Positions 1 to 10,990 of a DNA stretch of 64,000 bases are shown here, piece after piece. The notes below the pieces were generated by a model. It saw only the letters and a list, made by a program, of their open reading frames with translations, was not told the DNA's origin and made no database searches. Position 1 is the stretch's first letter, and the number at the start of each line of letters is the position of its first letter. The position numbers and the translations under genes are program-made. The stretch is from assembly GCF_009914755.1 (NCBI RefSeq), contig NC_060925.1; one strand, 5' to 3'. This DNA comes from the human T2T-CHM13v2.0 reference genome, Homo sapiens.

Positions 1-244
1 TTTTTTTCTCTCTAGAGTGTCACATAGGCCCCATGCAAGGTTCCATTCAGACACCGGCCTTCAGACTCCATTTTCTTCACTAAAAATAAGGCACATGAGG
101 TCCCCAGAGATAGAGAGCAGAGCTGAGATTCACACCAGGGAATGAAGCTCTTTCAGTGTTTTGGGAGAGGAAATGGAAATTCATCAAAATAGCAATTTTT
201 CCAATAACATTAACTGTCCTATATATGATTAATGTTACTTAATT

Positions 245-675
245 TGTTTAGTAGTTTTTTATTGCGGATGGAACAGATTGCCAAAAATTATTGGCTGAAA
301 GCAACACAAATTTATCATCTTACTGTGCTGTAAGCCAGAGGCCTGACACAAGTCTCTGTGAGCTAAAATGAAGGTGGTGGCAGGGCTGTATTCTTTCTGG
401 GTGCTCCAGGGAAGAGCCCATTCTTTTGCGTTTTTCACCTGCTAGTGGGTGCTGGCATCCCATGGCTCGTGACCATCATCCTGTATCTCCTAATAGAACA
501 CTGATGTTAGTGTTCCATTAGAAGTGACAGAATCATCTCCCTATTTTAAGGTCAGCTGATTAGCAAACTTAATTTCATCTGTGACCTTAATTCCCCTTGC
601 CTCACAGCCTAACCTATTCCCAGGTTACCAGGATGGGTCCTGGACATTTTGGAGGCCACTGTTCTGCCTACCACA
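245..675 (-). mobile_element. MaLR solo LTR (MLT1D-like)
   Basis: Ends in ...ctgcctaccaca, the reverse complement of the MLT1 start TGTGGTAGGCAG; contains attttaaggtcagctgattagc. Confidence 0.75.
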
Positions 676-1505
676 GTTGGGAATCCTTGTGAATGGAGTC
701 CTCTCAGTCCCCTCTCCTCTCACCCAGCCCCAGCCTGAGGCCAGACTCAGTCACACAAGCTGCCATAAATCCACATCTCAAAGACTCCATATGTGTAGGA
801 GAAAGTTTACACCACAACACATCTTAGAAACCTCATTTAGCCAACTCTTTCTTTCCCTAAAGTTCCTTTCTGCATGGGGAAGTATCCTGCCATGGAGAGA
901 GTGGCTTTTGAGCTTTAGGTGCCACGTGATTTCTCAGGCTGGCCTGTGAATCTGATTTTTCTCTTCTGTCTGCACCACAGGTTCAGTGGCACTTTCTAAG
1001 CACACTCAGAGTCATTGTTCCCAGTCACTATCACTGCATCTCCCACAGATGTGTCTACTTTTGGGAGCATGAGCCTTTCTCTGGCCTCCCAGAGCTGACC
1101 TGACATCCTGCCCCATAAAGGCTGTGCAGTCACAGGCATAGCCTCAGCTGGAGATTCAGGGAAAGGACACTGGGCCAGTACAAGCCCATCTTCCCGAGAC
1201 TCCTCCTTCTTGAAAAGACCTCAATTTCCTGAAAATTCTGTGCCTTGGGAAGTGAGACTCTTGCCTTTATTTTCTTTGGGACGGTTTTAAGACATGTTGA
1301 ATCTAGAGAACCAACATGGAGCTAAACTCAGTGGCTTCCCTTCTTATTTCATTTGCTCAGTATTTAGCTTTGGGCAAATTGTGTTTCATCCATAGAATAC
1401 ACCCACTTGCTTGCTGTGGCTGCAATGGGAAAATGATGAGAAAGTGTGATGTGCAATGTTCTCCACACATGTGAGATTCCCCTCTTTTGTCCCCTTCTGC
1501 CCCAG

Positions 1506-1802
1506 AGCCTGTGCCTCACCCTGAGTTCCTGGCAAAGTCACTGTCTATCACACCAGGCTTGTGTAACATCACCCTGGAGTGTAGAGTTCCAGGGGCCACA
1601 GAGGACCTGAATATGACTTGGGAAAGCAAGGGCCTCCTTGGAGAGCTGGAGCAGAGAGAAACACCAGGACCAGCCCCCAACCCCTGGACCCTGCCTGGGA
1701 GCCTGCCCCTGAGCCAGCCGAACAGCAATCTCAACTACGTGGTCAGCAACCAGGTGGATCAGAAAGCTGCTACTTTAGACCTTGGGAAAGTCTGTGCCCA
1801 AG
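1506..1802 (+). pseudogene. SLAM/CD2-family IgC2-domain exon, copy 1
   Basis: Polypyrimidine tract + cag| acceptor (1504-1505), 297-nt open phase 1-1 exon, G|GTGAGT donor. Translates EPVPHPEFLAKSLSITPGLCNITLECRVPGATEDLNMTWESKG...LNYVVSNQVDQKAATLDLGKVCAQ, matching the SLAM C2 pattern (CNxTLxC, xTW, CxxSN, terminal C). F-strand Cys is replaced by Tyr (TAC 1736-1738). Confidence 0.85.
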
Positions 1803-2371
1803 GTGAGTGGTGAGTGTAGCCTGCAGGATAGGAGAGGCTGCCCAAGCTCAGGTAGCACTGGGGTCTAATGGTTCTGGGGTCTCTTCTCCACCATGAGCAT
1901 TAGCACCACCTTCTACCTGCTCACCACACACAGCAGTGTGGAAGTCACATACACCTTCGTTCTGCCTTTAATCATCTCTCCCATCCATACCCTCCTCTTC
2001 ACACCCCCACCATGTCCCTGCCGGTTCAGACAGCAGCCTTCCGGGAGCTGTCCCACCCCATCCATCCTCCACTGAACATCCAGAGTGGGCTTTGGGAAAA
2101 GTGGGTAAGATTGGGTGGTTGTCTGTGTCATCTGTGGGATCTGGCCTCCAGTTACTCCCCCATGGAATTCAGGTCTCAGATTCTTCTCTGCCCATGTTTC
2201 TGGCCTCACCTGTGCACTTTGCACCAAACTGCTTGCTTTTATTTCCGAACATATGTTCTGCTTCTTGTAAGCTTCTCAGATTCTGAACATGCTGTTTCTT
2301 ACTCCATCAGCCCTCCCACACCTAGTGTCCAACATTTCCCTTTTTATTCCTTTCCATGTACTCCTTTCGGC

Positions 2372-2543
2372 CATGGCCAGCTTTATGGGCACAAGACACA
2401 TGCAGTCACACAGGGTTCTTCAGTCAGCAGCATTCTACAATGGGTTAAAACACTGCCATTGCTGCCTGCAAGTTTTTAATTTTTAATCAAGGGATTTTAA
2501 ATTTGCATTGCACAGTGCCCTGAAAATGATGTATCTGCTTCTG
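2372..2543 (+). mobile_element. MER91A-like hAT DNA transposon relic
   Basis: catggccagctttatgggc...gcagtcacacaggg...atttgcattgcac...gatgtatctgcttctg resembles the MER91A consensus end to end. Confidence 0.6.
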
Positions 2544-3425
2544 CACTCAGGCCCACCTCCTTAGGGAGATGTCCGTGGCCCAAACAGTGAGTAGTAATGA
2601 CGTGTTTATGTCACTGTCTGCCCAGTAGACTGCAAACATCTTGATATTTTCCTTTGAATCCCTGTGCCAAGCAAAGCTCCTGGCAACATTTGCTCACAAT
2701 CAGTGTTCACTGAATGAATATATGACCTGATACCGTGTATGCAGGCTTGTCCTCTCCAACCCTCCCTCCAAGAGCCACTGGGGGATCTGATGTGTCAGCA
2801 TCACATTAAACCGCCTGCCACCTCCTCCCTCACCCCCATCCTGGAGTGTTCAGCACTGAGCATGACCACAAGGCCCTCCGGGCACAGACTCCTGCCTCCG
2901 TCTGACTCTCCTTGCCACAGCTCCTCCCTGCCCTGTCCCTCTCCTGCTGCAGTGGGGTGCCGGCAACTCCCAGGGCTGGTGTTTTGACACAGCAATTTCC
3001 TGAACTTGGTGTTCTTCCTTCCTGGAATGCCCCAGGCTGAATATCTGAGAAATTCCTATTAGCCCCTCAAGCCTCAGTTTAGCCAGCACTTCCTCTGGGA
3101 GGCCCTCCCTGAAGACCTTGTACAAGGTGGAAACCTGTATCACAGCTACGATCCCTCTGTCTGGCAGTTGGAATTTTCTGTCTTCCCTCATGGGTGCTGG
3201 GCTGCTGCGGACATTGTCTTGTGCATCTCCGCATCCCTGGTACCAAGCAGCAGCTCCTAACCGGTTGAATGAATGGACCTGCCATGCTCCTCCCTCTGTA
3301 GCTTCTGCACCAGGCTCCTTCCCACTGCTCCACCGGCTTTCTCTCTCTGTCTCTCCTCTGGTAGTTTGTATCTCAAATTATCTCCTGTCTTAACATTTTC
3401 CACTCTCCCCATGTGACAGGAACAG

Positions 3426-3554
3426 GTTCACACAAACAGGACATGGCTAGACTGCTGCCAGGCATCCTAGGGGCTGTTGTGGGTGTGCTGTTGGTACTGG
3501 GAGCTGGGCTCTACCTTTTGAAGAAGAAGAAGAAGAAGATGGAAAGAAAAAGGC
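3426..3554 (+). pseudogene. Transmembrane exon of the SLAM-like relic
   Basis: Phase-1 acceptor (cag at 3423-3425; alternative in-frame AG at 3418-3419). Translates GSHKQDMARLLPGILGAVVGVLLVLGAGLYLLKKKKKKMERKR: a hydrophobic helix followed by a basic stop-transfer segment. The phase-1 donor position reads C|GCAAGT. Confidence 0.8.
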
Positions 3555-3750
3555 GCAAGTTGCATTTCTCCTGACGTGCCCAGACACCTCCCTCCCTCAC
3601 TAGAACCTCAGCTCTACTTCTCTGAATTTTGCTCCCAGGGAGTGGACTCTGCAGAGGGGATGATGGGTGTGGTCTTGGCCTTGGGGTTCATGGCAGTGGG
3701 GAGGCATACACGATTTCAAGACACGGATTCAAGCTTTGATTTTGTCTCAG

Positions 3751-3842
3751 GTGGAGGATTGCAGGAGAACCAAGGGGTCAATGATGGTGGCATCCTCTTT
3801 CAAACGCTCAGCCAGCAAGTGTCACAGAAGGGCAAGGACAAG
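3751..3842 (+). pseudogene. Cytoplasmic exon 1 of the SLAM-like relic
   Basis: tttgtctcag| acceptor, 92 nt (phase 1 to 0), AAG|GTGAGT donor; GGLQENQGVNDGGILFQTLSQQVSQKGKDK. Confidence 0.75.
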
Positions 3843-4125
3843 GTGAGTAACTGGGACACTGGCCACCCTGGGAACTCCCAGGTCTCTCTGCCCAGCCTTG
3901 GGCTTCCAATTTTGGGACCTGCCATTTCTGGCCCAACTTCCTGTTTATCTATATCTGGACAATCAACAGTATTTACTAAGAAAATTGACATCTGGGTGTG
4001 ATGTAGTGCTGGGCACTTTAGAAGAATTCATGAGCAGTGCCTGTCAATGGGTATTGGCTCTGTGGGTCCCTCCACATCCTTTTTATCCCTCAGCTGATCC
4101 AACAGCCCTCTGTCTTGTATTCCAG

Positions 4126-4220
4126 GGCATCGGTGAACAATATCTGAAAAAAAAGAGGAGTCTGTCACTCCTCTCTACAGTGAGGTCTGTTATCCAGACC
4201 AGACCATGAAGATCATCTGA
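4126..4220 (+). pseudogene. Terminal cytoplasmic exon of the SLAM-like relic (frameshifted)
   Basis: ttccag| phase-0 acceptor; GIGEQYLKK, then an A8 run (4147-4154); the shifted frame gives EESVTPLYSEVCYPDQTMKII-stop (TGA 4218-4220). Confidence 0.7.
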
Positions 4221-4471
4221 TTGGAGGAAGCAGGAGGATCTGGCACTCCCAGGACACCTACACTCTGAGTCTAAATCCTGCAGACCCCCGCCTTTCCCAG
4301 CTCTGGTTCAGTTCCCGCTTCCCCTTGTCTGTGTTTCTCTAACCTCATAGCCACATTTCTACAGGGTACACATGGCCTGGTTGTACTCTGTGACACCTCC
4401 CCAAGCTGTCCTTACACTTGGGCAGGGGCTGTTCTCCATCACTGAGATGTCTCCTGACCCCTCTCCTCCAG

Positions 4472-4665
4472 AAGCCTTCCCAAGAGGAGCCTGTCTGATT
4501 GAGCAGGTGGTGAATTCCGACCACCTCTGCCATGTCACTGGTGTGTATACTTCTGAGGACACAAGGCAGACATGGGAACAGTGCAGAAGTGTTGACTATG
4601 CTGCAGAGGAGGGAGATAGGATCTGTTTTCCGGATGCTGAGTTTGAGGACAGCATGGGTGGATAG
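4472..4665 (+). pseudogene. Possible degenerate WAP (four-disulfide core) exon
   Basis: ctctcctccag| phase-1 acceptor; PRGAC-x11-C-x5-Y-x5-R-x5-CR-x3-Y-x8-CFP follows WAP cysteine spacing with 4 of 8 Cys remaining. Confidence 0.4.
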
Positions 4666-4733
4666 AAACCCGCAAAGGAACAGGCCATGGCATCTTTTGC
4701 AGATTTTGTGTAGGGGTCTCTTGGGGGTATCAG

Positions 4734-4736
<3 letters not shown>

Positions 4737-4767
<31 letters not shown>
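4737..4767. repeat. (GT)n microsatellite
   Basis: About 15 GT units. Confidence 0.95.
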
Positions 4768-4768
<1 letters not shown>

Positions 4769-6207
4769 ATGTTGGGAGGACTGTCTAGTGCACATTATAC
4801 AACTGAACCAAAGCCACCTTTCTCATCACCTGTGCTAATCTGAGCCTAATTTTCAGCCTCAGCCTGTGGATTCAAACTCAAATTCCTGTAGAGTGGAAAT
4901 AGAAATGTCTATCATCTCAAAACCTTCCCAACCTCTGTGTCTCAGGGAGTGACCCTAAGAGGCCACAGGTGGGGATTGTCTTAGAAAACAGCCTCAGCTC
5001 TTCCCTTCTCCTAGGATAGCGCACTTGGTTGTACGAACAGATGTGAAGTATCCTTCCATGCCCCCTTGGTGAGGGCTACTTGGGCTCTGATGGGTGAAGC
5101 TATTGAGAAGATCTAACCCAGCCCTCTCCAGCCTCTTCTTATTCTGACCCTCAGTCTCCCTCAGCCATGCTGGCCCAAACCCTAGGTCAACCACTTCTCT
5201 GCTCACTTGCATCCCTCTGCCTGAAATTAGTTTTCTCTCTGTGCTCCTCACCCTCACTCCCACCTGCTGAAATTCTAGCGTGCTGCTCAAAGCCCTTCCC
5301 AAGGTGCCTGTTCTATGAGCTTTATGAATCCTAAAGGTTTAAAAATGACATCTCCCATATATGACTTTCCAGAACACCTTGGGCACTATGTATGGTCCCT
5401 GCCACAGTTTGCCCTGGGTTGGTCATGAGTCTTCCTGCAGTACCAACCTGGGCTCTCTCAAGAGGGTGTGGGACTGTGGGAGGACAGGATCAAGAAGACA
5501 AGCACCTCTTGGTGTAAAGGTTCTGGACCACCTTTCTCCCATCTCCCATCCTTCTGCTCAGCAGAGGGAGATGCAGCACAGGAGCTGCTGATAGACTCTC
5601 TGGTGTGGCTCTACCTGGAAACAGGGGTGGACACAATGAACTTCCTCGACTATACATGTCCTGAAGTCCTAGTTGGAGACTTCCTTACTCCCTTATCAGC
5701 TTCTTATTGTAAACCTGGCCATGCTTCCACCATGGTATATGGGTGGTTCTTCCCTCCTGAGGAGTCCTCACCTTCTTGCAACCTCTGCCTCCTGTTTGAA
5801 TCCCAGCTTTTATGCAGAGATGGGCTAACTCTAGTACCACGAGGTGCTGCAGCATGTCTAGTGGCCTAGATCCTTGGGTTCGTGGTTTCACTCACGTCAA
5901 CCACAGAAAACAAAGGTCTGAAAAGAGTCCCTGTTAAGAGATTGAGCACTAGGTAATAATCCTAAGTACTTGCTTAGGATCCTAAGTATTGCTTAGGATG
6001 GTGGATGGGTGAGAGAAGACAAAGAGTATTCACAGTAGGGCTTCATTTCTACCCTCTTCCCATTTAGGGTGCACAGAAAGCTGAGGGTGTGCAAATCTTC
6101 TCACTGGCTTCCCAGGTGACTGGCCATGACTGCGTATCAGTGTCCATTAGACCTGGGGCAGCGTAAGATGTGATCAGCAGCCTACCTTCCCACAGTACCA
6201 GCGGCAG

Positions 6208-6300
6208 CAAAAAAAAAACAAAAAAAAACAAAAAAAAACAACAAAAAAAAACAAAAACCAACAAACAAAACAAACAAATAAAATAAAAAAAGAAGAAGAA
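6208..6300. repeat. A-rich low-complexity tract (AAAAC-type)
   Basis: Direct inspection. Confidence 0.9.
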
Positions 6301-6696
6301 CAGGGCTTTTGAGGCTGTTTTGAACCAGTTTTTGTCCCAGGCACTTTGCAAATATTGTTTCTTTTAATTCTTATAAGAATCCACTAGGGTTGGTATTGGT
6401 CACCAGCATTAGAAGTAGATGGTGGTGAGCTCTGTACTTTCAGTGCAATTTTTCTGTATACCTAAAACTGCTCTAAAATAAAGTGTATTAAATGATAAGT
6501 ATTAAAAAATTGAGAAGGCTGCGTGGAGTGATTGGATGGCACCAACGGACAAAGCTCTGACACCACCCAACTGCGTGGTCTGGGCAGGCTGGCCAAGACC
6601 CAGACCACGGAGATGGGGCAAAGGCTTAGATCCAACACTGATGATTCCAAAGCCCCCTTTTTTTCTTCTTCATGAAATAGTGACTTAGAAGACCCT

Positions 6697-7639
6697 TGCT
6701 ATGGTTTTGACGTTTCATGTTGGAACTTAATCCTCAATGCAAAAGCATGAAGAGTGGGCTTGGGGAAATAATTAGGCTCCACGAATGAGATTAGTACTCT
6801 TATAAAATGGTTTGAGGACAGTGTTACCCCTTTTGCTCTTGTACCCCTTCAAACATGTGAGAGCACAGTGTTCCTCCTTCCACCATCTGAGGACATGGTG
6901 TTCCCCCTTCCATCATGTCAGGACACAATGGTCCCCTCTTCTGTCACGTGAGGACACAGTGTTCCTCCTTCCGCTATGTAAGTACACAGTTTTCCCCCTT
7001 CCATCATGTGAAGACACAGTGTTCCCCACTTTTACCATGTGACAACATGGTGTTCCTCCTTCCACCATGTGAGGACAAGGTGTTTTTGCCACCACCATGT
7101 GAGGACACGGCATTCCCTGCTTCTACCAGGTGAGGACATGGTGTTTCTCCTTCTACCATATGAGGACATGGTGTTCCTGCCTTCCACCATGTGAGGACAT
7201 GGTATCGCCCCTTCCACCATGTGAGGACACAGTGTTCCTGCCTTCTATTGTGTGAGGAAATGGTATTGCCCCTTCTACCATGTGAGGACACAGTGTTGCC
7301 CGCTTCCATAATGTGAGGACATGGTGTTCCCACCTTCCGCCATGTAAGGGCACTGTGTTCCCACCTTCCATCATGCGAGGACATACTGTTCTCCCCTTTC
7401 ACCACTGAGTGCAGTGTTTCCCCCTCTGCCATGTGATGATGACACAATAAGATGCCATCTATGGAGCTGAAGGTGAGCTGAAGAGACCCTGAATCTGCCT
7501 TACCAGATGCTGAATCTATGGTGACTTTATATTAGACTTAGCCTCCAGACTGTGAGAAACATATTTCTATTACATACAAATCGCTCAGTGATTTACACAT
7601 CTAAGGTATCTTGTTATAGTAGCCAAATAGACTAAGACA
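6697..7639 (+). mobile_element. MaLR solo LTR (MSTD/MLT1A-like) with internal minisatellite
   Basis: Starts tgctatggtt, ends gactaagaca, flanked by ccct on both sides. Confidence 0.8.
6847..7436 (+). repeat. Minisatellite, ~19-20 copies of a 30-31 bp unit (CTTCCACCATGTGAGGACACAGTGTTCCYC)
   Basis: Contiguous diverged tandem units with no spacers. Confidence 0.92.
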
Positions 7640-8254
7640 CCCTTGGAATCCTGGAGTATTCAGATGTGAGTATCCTCCTGTTGTCAATCTCCCAAGGATC
7701 CTGGCCTCCTGACTGAGGTGCCTCAACTCAGGCTGAGCTCCTTGGTGCTGGAACAACTAACGATTGAAAGAGAAATTACCCCTTAAGTGGCAGTAGGGCC
7801 CTGATTGGGTAGAAGACATGGCATAAGGGACATTACACTCAAATGCAGACGAGACATTCAGAGTGGTCTTTATCTAAGGCTCCCCCCATCCATGGTCCAT
7901 GTCAGAGATAGCATCATCCACATCCTCGAATAACCTTCAGCTGATGAAATTTTTGTTCATAATGTCATTCAGTAGGTTTTACATGAGTCTCTCATTTAAA
8001 GTTTCTACAATTCTGTAAGGCATAAACCTCCATCACTGTGCACATGGTGAAACTAAAATCCAGAGAAGTCATGCAATTTCTCTTCAGTGTAAGTGATGGA
8101 GTCATGATTTGCATCCAAAATGAACCATAATTTTGCTCATATTTGACTCCTTCTTATTTATTCCAGATGCCCAACCAGCCAGTTTGTTCCATTGGAACAA
8201 AGTCATAAAGTGTCTTGTATTCCATCTTCCTCTCATTATTTCAGTTTTTTTCAC

Positions 8255-8490
8255 CTTCACCTATGCCATTTTACATTTCACCAGCGATGTGTGAGGGTAT
8301 CTTCAAATCCTGCCCAACTCTTGTTATTGTCCATTTCTTTGATTATTGCCTTCTGAGTGTGTGTGAAGTGGTAACACATTGTGCTTTTTATTTTCATTTC
8401 CCAAATGAAATGAAAATCCCAAATACTAATATTGTTGAACATCTTTTCATGTGTTTTCATGTGCACATTAACCATTGGTATAACTTTTTT
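8255..8490 (-). mobile_element. Old L1 3'-region fragment
   Basis: ccattttacatttcaccagc...gttgaacatcttttcatgtg, typical antisense L1 3' sequence. Confidence 0.65.
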
Positions 8491-8509
8491 TTTTTTTTAA
8501 TCTGTCTTG

Positions 8510-10220
8510 AATTCTCTTCTGTCATGCATTGCCCCCACCACTCCATTGAAACTGCTCAGGTCCAGGTCAGCAGGAAACTCCATGTTGCTAAATCCAGTGG
8601 TCAATGTTCAGTCCCCATCTTTGTCGATGTCTCAGCAGCAATTAACATATCCTTCCTTGAGACTGTCTTCACCTTGCAATCAACACTCACCATTCTTTTC
8701 CTCCTACTTAGGGGCTGCTCCTTTGTTTCCTTTACCAGTTTCTGTCTTATCTCTCTAACATCTCTATTCAGGAATATCCCCAGGTGATCTGTCTTCATTA
8801 CCCACTTTCATTTTCTTTCTGAGATTGTAGCTATGCAGTAATCCCTGAACCATATGACAATATTACCTTACACGGCAAAGAGAACTTCGCAGATGTGATC
8901 AAGTTGAAGAGCCTTGAGATGTAGATTATCTTAGATTATCTGGGTGGGCTCAGTATAATCACATGAGTCCTAAAAGGTGGAAGAAGAAGAGAAATAAAAG
9001 TAGGCCAGGGACATATAAGGTGAGGACTTGTCCCACTGTTGGTGGCCTTGAAGATGGAGTAAGGGGCCCTCAAGCCAAGGAAATGTGGTAAGCTCTAGAA
9101 GCTAAGAAAGGATCTCAGTTTACAGCCAGCAGGAAAATGAGGATCTCAGTCTTATAAGCTCAAAGAGATAAATTCTGGCAATAGCCAGGATGAGCAGGAA
9201 ATAGATTCTCCCCAGGAATCTCCAGAAAGGAACATAGCCTAGTGACACATTGATTGTATTCCAAATAGGCTTGTTCCAGACTTCTGACCTCCAGTGTGGT
9301 AAGATAATAAATTTGTTCTGTTCTGCCTGCCTAAGTTAGTGCCGATTTATTAAGATGAAAACAGAAAACTTATTAGTTTTCTAATAAAGTTGTCATACTG
9401 TCTCAAGGTTTTAAATACATTTGCTACTCTGAAATTTACAGCCAGATCCCTCCTATGGATGCCACATTGTGAATATCTAACTCCTTACTTGACAGCTCCA
9501 GTAGGATGTATAACAGGAATCTCCAGCTTTACTTTCAAACAACCCAAATATGCTTCCCACACAGTCTTCCTATTCTAATAAATGTCACATCGATTACTCC
9601 ATTTGTGGCAGCCACAAAATCTTGGTGCCATCCTTGACTTTGTTCTTTTTCTCACACCCTACAATCAATCAGTGAACAATATCTTGTTATTCAATGTATA
9701 TTTTTATGGTATAACTGTTTGCCACTTAACCATATGACCTCCATCTCTCACCTGGATTATTACAGTAGACCCACAGTATCCCTGTGCCTATTTTTAGCCT
9801 CCTAATGTTTAGTTTCAAAATAGCGGCAAATGATCTTTACAAAACATCAGTTCCGTCACATTATTCCTCAGCTCAGAACTTTCCCGTGGCTCCCACTTTA
9901 CCTGCAAGGCCCTGCACCGTCTGACCTCATAGCCCATGCTCCCCTCTTTCCTCAATCTACTCTAAGACACTGGGGTTTTTTCTATTTCCTTCAACAGACC
10001 AGGCATGCTCCTGCCTCAAGGCCTTTGATTGTGCCTAGAATTCTCTTCCTCCAGGTGTTTGCCTGTCTCATTTCCTGTCCTATTTCAGGTCTTTGCAGGA
10101 ATGCTCTCTACTCAGTTGAGTCTACCTTGGCCCTCCTTCCCCATTTCAAACTGCATCCTCCTCCTGGTTCCCTGCTCTTTCTCCTTCCTTCCTGCTCTAC
10201 CTCCCTCAGCACCACTTATC
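8510..10220 (+). mobile_element. L2 LINE fragment, interrupted by an MLT1 LTR
   Basis: HCPHHSIETAQVQVSRKLHVAKSSGQCSVPIFVDVSAA resembles the L2 RT motif PHHSTETAL.KV.NDL...LLDLSAAF; L2-like sequence resumes at ~9400. Confidence 0.7.
8826..9375 (+). mobile_element. MaLR solo LTR (MLT1D/E-like)
   Basis: ttaccttacacggcaaagagaacttcgcagatgtgatcaag...gacttctgacctccag...aagataataaatttg. Confidence 0.75.
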
Positions 10221-10289
10221 ACCAGGAAGTGAGGCAGGGTGCATTTTATCCAGTTGCCCTTTAATGACAAATATGCAAAGAAGGCCTCA

Positions 10290-10990
10290 ACGAAGCAAAA
10301 ATTGACAAATGGGATCTAATTTAACTAAAGAGCTTCTGCACAGCAAATGAAACTATCATCAGAGAGAACACACAACCTACGAACTGGGAGAAAATTTTTG
10401 CAATCTATCCATCTGACAAAGGTCTAATATCCAGAATCTATAAGGAACTTAAGCAAATTTACAAGAAAAAAAGCAACCCCATTAAAAAGTGGGAAAAGTG
10501 TATGAACAGTCACTTCTTAAAAAAACACACACGTGGCCAACAAACATATGAAGAAAAGCTCAACATTGTTGATCATTAGGGAAATGCAGATCAAAACGAC
10601 AATGAGATATTGTCTCAGACCAGTCAGAATGGTGATCATTAAAAAGTCAAGAAAAAACAGATGCTGGCAAGGTTGCAGAGAAACAGGGATGCTTTTACAC
10701 TTTTGATGGGAATGTAAATTAGTTCAACCATTGTGGAAGACAGTGTGGCAATTCCTCAAAGACATAGAACAGGAAGTACCATTTCACCCAGCAATCACAT
10801 TACTGGGTATATACCCAAAGGAATATAAATCATTCTATTATAAAGATACATGCACGCATATGTTTATTGCAGCACTATTCACAATAACAAAGACATGGAA
10901 TCTACACAAATGCCCATCAATGATAGACTGGATAAAGAAACTGTGGTACATATACACCATGGAATACTATGCAGCCATGAAAAGGAACAA
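10290..10990 (+). mobile_element. Primate L1 (L1PA/L1PB) ORF2 3'-end fragment
   Basis: MWKTVWQFLKD...DWIKKLWYIYTMEYYAAMKRN is the L1 ORF2p C-terminus. Confidence 0.92.

Noticed and set aside
981-1075. Acceptor-like site as the missing IgV exon
   Set aside because: The phase-1 frame closes within ~30 codons and shows no IgV features
6847-7436. CRISPR-like array of ~30-bp repeats
   Set aside because: Units are contiguous with no unique spacers, lie inside a MaLR LTR in primate DNA, and there are no cas genes
8215-8787. 190-aa hydrophobic ORF as a membrane protein
   Set aside because: Chance ORF spanning an antisense L1 fragment and an L2 fragment
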